Shown here: positions 58,855 to 64,000 of the stretch, piece after piece
How the letters are laid out: each line of letters begins with the position of its first letter
How positions within the stretch are numbered: position 1 is the first letter of the stretch
Source of the DNA: Lachnospiraceae bacterium UBA7179
GTDB taxonomy: Bacteria > Bacillota > Clostridia > Lachnospirales > Lachnospiraceae
Length of the DNA: 64,000 bases
Direction of reading: 5' to 3'
Assembly (NCBI GenBank): GCA_002491195.1
Contig: DKVL01000011.1
Location: 7,254 to 71,253 of the forward strand
Notes under the pieces: generated by a model
Databases searched by the model: none
The model's input: only the letters and a program-made list of their open reading frames with translations
Told to the model about the DNA's origin: nothing
Translations under genes and position numbers: made by a program

Positions 58855-59415
58855 TCATTCCATTTTCCTGCCGCACTCAAAACACATAAACTGCCCTTCT
58901 GGAACTTTTGCCCCGCAGATACATTCCCGCATCATCTTAGGCTGTCCGGGTTCAAGCGCTTTCTGGATCTCCTCGACGCTTTTGCCGCAAACTCTGCAGA
59001 ACTTCATGTTTTTATCGATTTTAGCCCCGCAGGTACACACTGTAACCGCCTTAGAGATCACTTCGCCACAATTTGGACAGAAGCGGTCCTGCGGTTTTAA
59101 CTTATATCCACAGGTACAGATATTTTTTCCCGCATTTTTTGCCTCAAGCTCTGTCTTTTGTTTTTCCAGCTCTGCGATCTCCTGATTCAGGGTATCCATC
59201 TTGTCGAGATAATTTTTGATCTGCTCGATTTCAATTTTATTTTCCTTGGACAGATCATAGACCTCCATCCCTATAAAGCCATATATTTTCGCCTTTTCGT
59301 TCATCTTCTCTTCCAGCGACTTGTTGATCGTCTTGATATTTTGGCTTTTATTCGATGAATTTCCCGCAGCATCTGCTATTTTCACCTTTTTCATAAACCC
59401 TTTTAAGTTATCCAT
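58855..59415 (-). CDS. Coiled-coil + multiple zinc-ribbon (DZR) protein
   Basis: Three CxCG...FCxxCG-type ribbons. Confidence 0.85.
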   Translation of the reverse strand: MDNLKGFMKKVKIADAAGNSSNKSQNIKTINKSLEEKMNEKAKIYGFIGMEVYDLSKENKIEIEQIKNYLDKMDTLNQEIAELEKQKTELEAKNAGKNICTCGYKLKPQDRFCPNCGEVISKAVTVCTCGAKIDKNMKFCRVCGKSVEEIQKALEPGQPKMMRECICGAKVPEGQFMCFECGRKME

Positions 59416-59435
59416 TCCTATGTTCTCCCCCACAC

Positions 59436-60701
59436 TCAGTTGTATTTCAGATGATTCCACTGTTCCTGCAGATGATCAAATCCAGAACCTTCCTGTGTCC
59501 CCTTTTCTTCGTATCTTGTGCCCGCAAAGATGCAGTTCAGGATCACAAGGTACCGCTGCTCACAGTCCGCGGCGATCTGCGCGATCGCCTCACCAGCTTT
59601 CTGCATCAGCTGGTCTTCCTTTTCAAATGCTGCAAATTCCGCGCGCAGGTATCTCCCGCACTCTTCACAGATACGGCGGCTGCACCATCTTTTCAGCTTT
59701 CGCAGATAGAGCCTGTATACAACGAATAGGATTAAGAGAACCGCTATGATCCAGGCAAACGAAACCAGTTTGAGCATCGAATCATCTCCTCCTGATTGAT
59801 TAAATATCAAAGGAAGAACTGATTCTCTGATCATAGCTATAGCACTCTCCTCCGGAGACTGTTCCGCTGATGTCTGCGCTGACCTTGCCATGAGCAGACT
59901 GATCACTGACCTGCCCAGGAAGATCACAAGCACGAACATAATCGGGGCAAACGCAAGAAGTTTCCTTTTCAGCAAAGCCTTCTTGGTAATGCGCTGAATC
60001 TTTTCTTTTGTCTTACCTGCAAATTCCATTATGAGGCCGCCGCCCAGATCAACAGTCCGAAGATCACTGACCAGCTGATTCTCCACTTCTGTTTTTGCCG
60101 ACTCATACTCATGATAAAATTTTTCATTCCCGATACCGTCAGCATGGTTTCCCATACTCTGAAACATACTTTTCATATGGTCCGCCATATGATCATAATT
60201 GCCGCTGATCCCGCCAATCATCTCACTTGCTGTCTGCGCCATATCCTTCTCGTAAGAATCCCTGATCTTTCGGAAAAATTCCGAATATTGATTGATATCC
60301 AGCATTTTCTCCAAATGTGCTTCTGTGTGGGTGATTTCCCCCATTTTGCGCACGGATTCTTTGACATTCAGATTCTTTCTTACCTCGATCGCGGCGATGG
60401 AATCCCGGTTATCCCTGCGGCAGTCCTCCGCCATCCCTTTAACTTTTTCCTGTACTTTTTCGACAGGTACACGATTCCCGCCCTGTATCTGTACCGCTGC
60501 ATCCGCCGGCTGTACCTTCAATCTGACACTTTCCAGGATTTCCTCAATCTGCATGCTTAGTTCCTGCCATGGCAGATCCTCTCTCACAATATGTTCCCTG
60601 CATTCCCCTATACTGTCAAGAATCCGTGCGGACAGCCTATTGGCTTTTGCATAATTTTCCAGACTCTGGATCCATTGCAGTAGTTCTTCCTTGTTATTCA
60701 T
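59436..60701 (-). CDS. Helical membrane protein (2 TM), partner of the dynamin-like protein
   Basis: Coiled-coil N-terminus, two TMs, 3-nt gap from the upstream gene. Confidence 0.7.
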   Translation of the reverse strand: MNNKEELLQWIQSLENYAKANRLSARILDSIGECREHIVREDLPWQELSMQIEEILESVRLKVQPADAAVQIQGGNRVPVEKVQEKVKGMAEDCRRDNRDSIAAIEVRKNLNVKESVRKMGEITHTEAHLEKMLDINQYSEFFRKIRDSYEKDMAQTASEMIGGISGNYDHMADHMKSMFQSMGNHADGIGNEKFYHEYESAKTEVENQLVSDLRTVDLGGGLIMEFAGKTKEKIQRITKKALLKRKLLAFAPIMFVLVIFLGRSVISLLMARSAQTSAEQSPEESAIAMIRESVLPLIFNQSGGDDSMLKLVSFAWIIAVLLILFVVYRLYLRKLKRWCSRRICEECGRYLRAEFAAFEKEDQLMQKAGEAIAQIAADCEQRYLVILNCIFAGTRYEEKGTQEGSGFDHLQEQWNHLKYN

Positions 60702-60704
60702 TGA

Positions 60705-62504
60705 TCATTTGCTCCTTTCCATTTCCCGGATCTGTTCCATCAAGGTACCGACTGTCCTGGCTTTTTCCTCTAACACAGGTATCTTCTCCGCCTCTACATT
60801 CACTGAGATTCTAAAATCCGTAAAACAACTGTCTATATTGGCAAGCTCATTTTCAAACAGCTCTGTGATCTGTCCTGTAACCTGTCCAATCATCGCTTCT
60901 TTCGTTTTACCCACCTCGTCATGAAACATCCAAATACATTCCTGAACATTTTTTTCCATCTTATCCGCAGCCATCGGATCATATATTCTCTTTGCGATCT
61001 CATAGATCAAAAGTGCTCCCAAAATTGCACCGATAACTACAAGTGCAGATCCCCCCAATACTGCAACAGCGAACTGCTCCACTGTCTTAGCAGCTTGCAC
61101 AAACTTCACAGTACCAACCGCTCCTGCTGCCATACCTCCACCGCCGCCTGTAATGACAGACAGTGTTTCCCTCATTGCTATTTTTCTGTCATACTTCTCC
61201 CTTTCCTTCCAAATCTGCAGAAACAGCTCGATCGAAGCATCGCTCAACGTCTGGTAAAACTGTCCTGCCGTCAGGGAAGTCTCCCTTGTCTCCGCCACGA
61301 TCTGCCGCCTGCTCTGGGATAACGAACCATAAAAATGATCATTCAGCGCAAGAATATTTTCCCGCTCGTTAAAATATCCCGTCGCCTCCTGGAAAATAGC
61401 CTCCAGATCATGCATACACCCCTTCATGACCTCTATCGTCCTGCGGTTGACAGATTCGCTCATCATTGCCTTATAATTGTCATTCACCATATTCAGGTAA
61501 TCGGTAAAATCCTCTTTCGTCCGAAAGCGTTCCTTTATTTTATAAGGATCCATCTTAGAAATGATTTCCTGTTCATACTTGTCAATTTCATGACAGATCT
61601 CAACCTCGAGATTCTTTGTCAACTTAGATACGATCTCCTTGTGATGGAGCACATAATGGTCCAGCGACGTATTGATCTTATCCAGGATAACTGCATCCGA
61701 CTCGTACTGCCTTTTCCTCAGCTGAAAAGATTCCTGAAACTGTGCCATCATCGCTTGCATTTCCTGTATGTTTTCCTGCTGTTTTCTCAGCATGGGATTT
61801 CTGCCGACGACATGGTCCCTGATGTAGCTGCGCACAGAATCCAGTCCGGACACATTCTGATCCGTATGATCGTCTGCGATACTCACCGCAAATACAGGCG
61901 CCTCGATCTCACTCTCCTGCATATATATTTTTATCTTCGACAGATTTTCCTTTAATGTATCCGGGGAGACTGTATCGCACTTTGTCAGGAAAAAGATCAT
62001 CTTTTTCTTGGGAAAGGTTTCGATCATGTCCCACAGTCTCGGGCTTTTGACATTGCCAGCATCAAAAACCACAAAGACCGCACAACACGCCTCCGCCATT
62101 TCCCGGACTTTTTCCAGTGTATCTTTTCCAAAACGATTGATTCCTTTTGTATCAATAATAGATATTCCGCGCATCGTATCGGATGAGATAAACTTCTTCC
62201 CAATCCCATCTGTCCCTGGCAGTTCAAAGTCCGTCTCTCCCCATCTGTACTCGCAGACACTGCCGCCCATATCACTCTGCTCAGGGAGAACCTCCTGGAA
62301 AACCGCATGAAGCAGACTGGTCTTCCCCACACCCTCATCACCCAGAACCATATAGGCAGACGTGTCATTCATCTTTTTGCAACTGTCATGCACCCTGTCC
62401 TTTTCCTCTTTGTCATCGCTGTCCTGCAACAGGCTGGAAAGTTCCTCAAACAAATCCGACAACACTTTCTGTTCTTCTCGTTCACACAAAATATTCGCTT
62501 CCAT
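60705..62504 (-). CDS. Bacterial dynamin-like GTPase
   Basis: G1 GDEGVGKTS, G3 DTKG, G4 TKCD, long helical stalk, Gly-rich hydrophobic paddle near the C-terminus. Confidence 0.75.
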   Translation of the reverse strand: MEANILCEREEQKVLSDLFEELSSLLQDSDDKEEKDRVHDSCKKMNDTSAYMVLGDEGVGKTSLLHAVFQEVLPEQSDMGGSVCEYRWGETDFELPGTDGIGKKFISSDTMRGISIIDTKGINRFGKDTLEKVREMAEACCAVFVVFDAGNVKSPRLWDMIETFPKKKMIFFLTKCDTVSPDTLKENLSKIKIYMQESEIEAPVFAVSIADDHTDQNVSGLDSVRSYIRDHVVGRNPMLRKQQENIQEMQAMMAQFQESFQLRKRQYESDAVILDKINTSLDHYVLHHKEIVSKLTKNLEVEICHEIDKYEQEIISKMDPYKIKERFRTKEDFTDYLNMVNDNYKAMMSESVNRRTIEVMKGCMHDLEAIFQEATGYFNERENILALNDHFYGSLSQSRRQIVAETRETSLTAGQFYQTLSDASIELFLQIWKEREKYDRKIAMRETLSVITGGGGGMAAGAVGTVKFVQAAKTVEQFAVAVLGGSALVVIGAILGALLIYEIAKRIYDPMAADKMEKNVQECIWMFHDEVGKTKEAMIGQVTGQITELFENELANIDSCFTDFRISVNVEAEKIPVLEEKARTVGTLMEQIREMERSK

Positions 62505-62505
62505 A

Positions 62506-64000
62506 TCAAACCTCCGTTTTCATTCCTGCATTTATTGCTCCAACCACTTGATACAGGTAAATCCTGTAATAACTGTCCTCCCGCTCAAATATCCTGCACA
62601 ATTCAAGTCCTGTCCGTTCAGGCTCTATGATCTCTCCCGCCGAAATCAGATAGCAACATCCCATCTCCTTCATTTTCTTACTGTCGATCTGAAAATCACG
62701 CAGCACGGCCTGTCCTTCTTTGCCCAGCATCACACTGCCATTGTATTCCGACGCAAAAAGATAGCAGCGGCTCCCCCAATGATCAAAATAGATCCTGTTA
62801 TACTCATTCTGGGAAAGTTCATATGCAATCAGCTCACGGAACTGATGTTTATAGTCCAGACTGTAATTGTTTGAATATCCGTCGATCGTATAGAAACCAT
62901 TCATGACGGCCACCGCAGGGTGAAGTCCCACACTTGCCACACGGTACTCCTCCTGACTCATGCCGCTCTCTTCTTTGATGTACCTGGCAATTTCATCAAA
63001 TAAATTCTCACTATAGAAATCTTCCCATGTGATCTGGTTAGAAGTCCTGCTGTTCAGCAGCTGTCTGAAATTCTTCTTAAAATTGCTGTTCCACAGAACA
63101 TAAAATCCTGTAACTGCAAGAAGAACTACGCACAGAATCCGGGCAGCTGATTTTTTACTGATCTGATCGCAGATAAAAGAACAGACACATGCCAGAATGA
63201 GATACCAGATCGCCGGATAAAACCAGTAAAAGCGGTCGATCTGGAAATATTTGATCATACCGCCTGTCTCATTTCTGAAAGCGACAACCGCATGACAGTG
63301 AAAGAACGCAAAAAATAACGCAATCAGGACCGCTGCAGACAACAATCCCCAGATCAGACGGATCTCCTTCTGCCTCTTACTGGCAAGCATTTGATACCGA
63401 ATCCTTCCATAGAGTGCTGTCAGTACAGCCGGAAGCAGGATAAACCTGTGATAACTCATTCCATGGTCAAAACCATCCACAAACACATGAAAGAAACCTT
63501 CCCAGAAATTCATTCCGGCGATCACAAACTCCTCCCTATGACTGGTTTGATAATTGCCGATTCCGAGTACCTGCAAGATTATGGAATAGTCCTGTATCAG
63601 ATAACCCGCCAAAAGCATCAACGAGGCAGCCAGAAAACAGTTTCGCCGGTTTCCTTTTATGAAACACAGGAATGATACCAGAAAAACAGCTCCCACAATG
63701 ATATACCCTGTCAGGTGAAAAGCAGAACTAAAGCAATAGAGCACCACAATTCCATAATATATGATTTTATTGTGATTCCCATACAGTTTTAGCAGCGCAT
63801 ACAATAACAGTGGCAGCCCTGCTATGCTCAGTCCGTATACAGAAAAGAAGGGCAGATATGAAAAAATAACTGCCGTGCAAAATGAGACAAATGTATTTTG
63901 CAGTAAAGAACTGCACAACAGATACATTCCAATAAATGCGCTCACTAAAAGAATATACTGATTGATCAAAAAAGCCTGGAACGGACTAAAGAACACATAT
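62506..64000 (-). CDS. Polytopic membrane protein, DUF6044-like (5'-partial)
   Basis: FIGMYLL, SHREE, RFY...P, YRVAS.G.HP.V...NGFYT.DGYSNNY...YK..FR..I, WG.RCY. Confidence 0.7.
   Translation of the reverse strand, partial: YVFFSPFQAFLINQYILLVSAFIGMYLLCSSLLQNTFVSFCTAVIFSYLPFFSVYGLSIAGLPLLLYALLKLYGNHNKIIYYGIVVLYCFSSAFHLTGYIIVGAVFLVSFLCFIKGNRRNCFLAASLMLLAGYLIQDYSIILQVLGIGNYQTSHREEFVIAGMNFWEGFFHVFVDGFDHGMSYHRFILLPAVLTALYGRIRYQMLASKRQKEIRLIWGLLSAAVLIALFFAFFHCHAVVAFRNETGGMIKYFQIDRFYWFYPAIWYLILACVCSFICDQISKKSAARILCVVLLAVTGFYVLWNSNFKKNFRQLLNSRTSNQITWEDFYSENLFDEIARYIKEESGMSQEEYRVASVGLHPAVAVMNGFYTIDGYSNNYSLDYKHQFRELIAYELSQNEYNRIYFDHWGSRCYLFASEYNGSVMLGKEGQAVLRDFQIDSKKMKEMGCCYLISAGEIIEPERTGLELCRIFEREDSYYRIYLYQVVGAINAGMKTEV

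Overview
Bacterial window, by gene content most likely a spore-forming gut Firmicute (Lachnospiraceae/Clostridia-like; inferred). Positions 1-35.4 kb carry a contractile injection system (CIS/eCIS; Afp/PVC/Streptomyces-CIS type). A ~29.5 kb minus-strand operon encodes sheath, two tubes, a tail-assembly chaperone plus an unlisted 59-aa ORF, a repeat-rich 1800-aa tape-measure-like protein, LysM tube initiator, split hub and spike, gp25, two baseplate-J proteins, a gpI-like protein, a fibre-like protein, DUF4255 cap and DUF4280 PAAR-like tip. The same operon also holds three membrane proteins (pseudokinase-like, MORN-repeat, and a HAMP receptor with a degenerate adenylate cyclase domain) and an unlisted acidic cargo-like ORF running off the left edge. 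Divergent from it lie a MalT/SARP-type activator and the Afp15-like AAA+ ATPase. No capsid, terminase or lysis genes are visible. Signals read directly from sequence: a -1 slippery site that would fuse the chaperone to the 59-aa ORF (lambda G/GT-like), and an exact ops motif before the sheath gene. The right half holds signalling genes, a Csp-type subtilase split into a separately encoded prodomain and a C-terminally truncated catalytic gene, a GH26 mannanase, a collapsed araA remnant and a dynamin-like operon. All family assignments come from motif recognition, not database searches.
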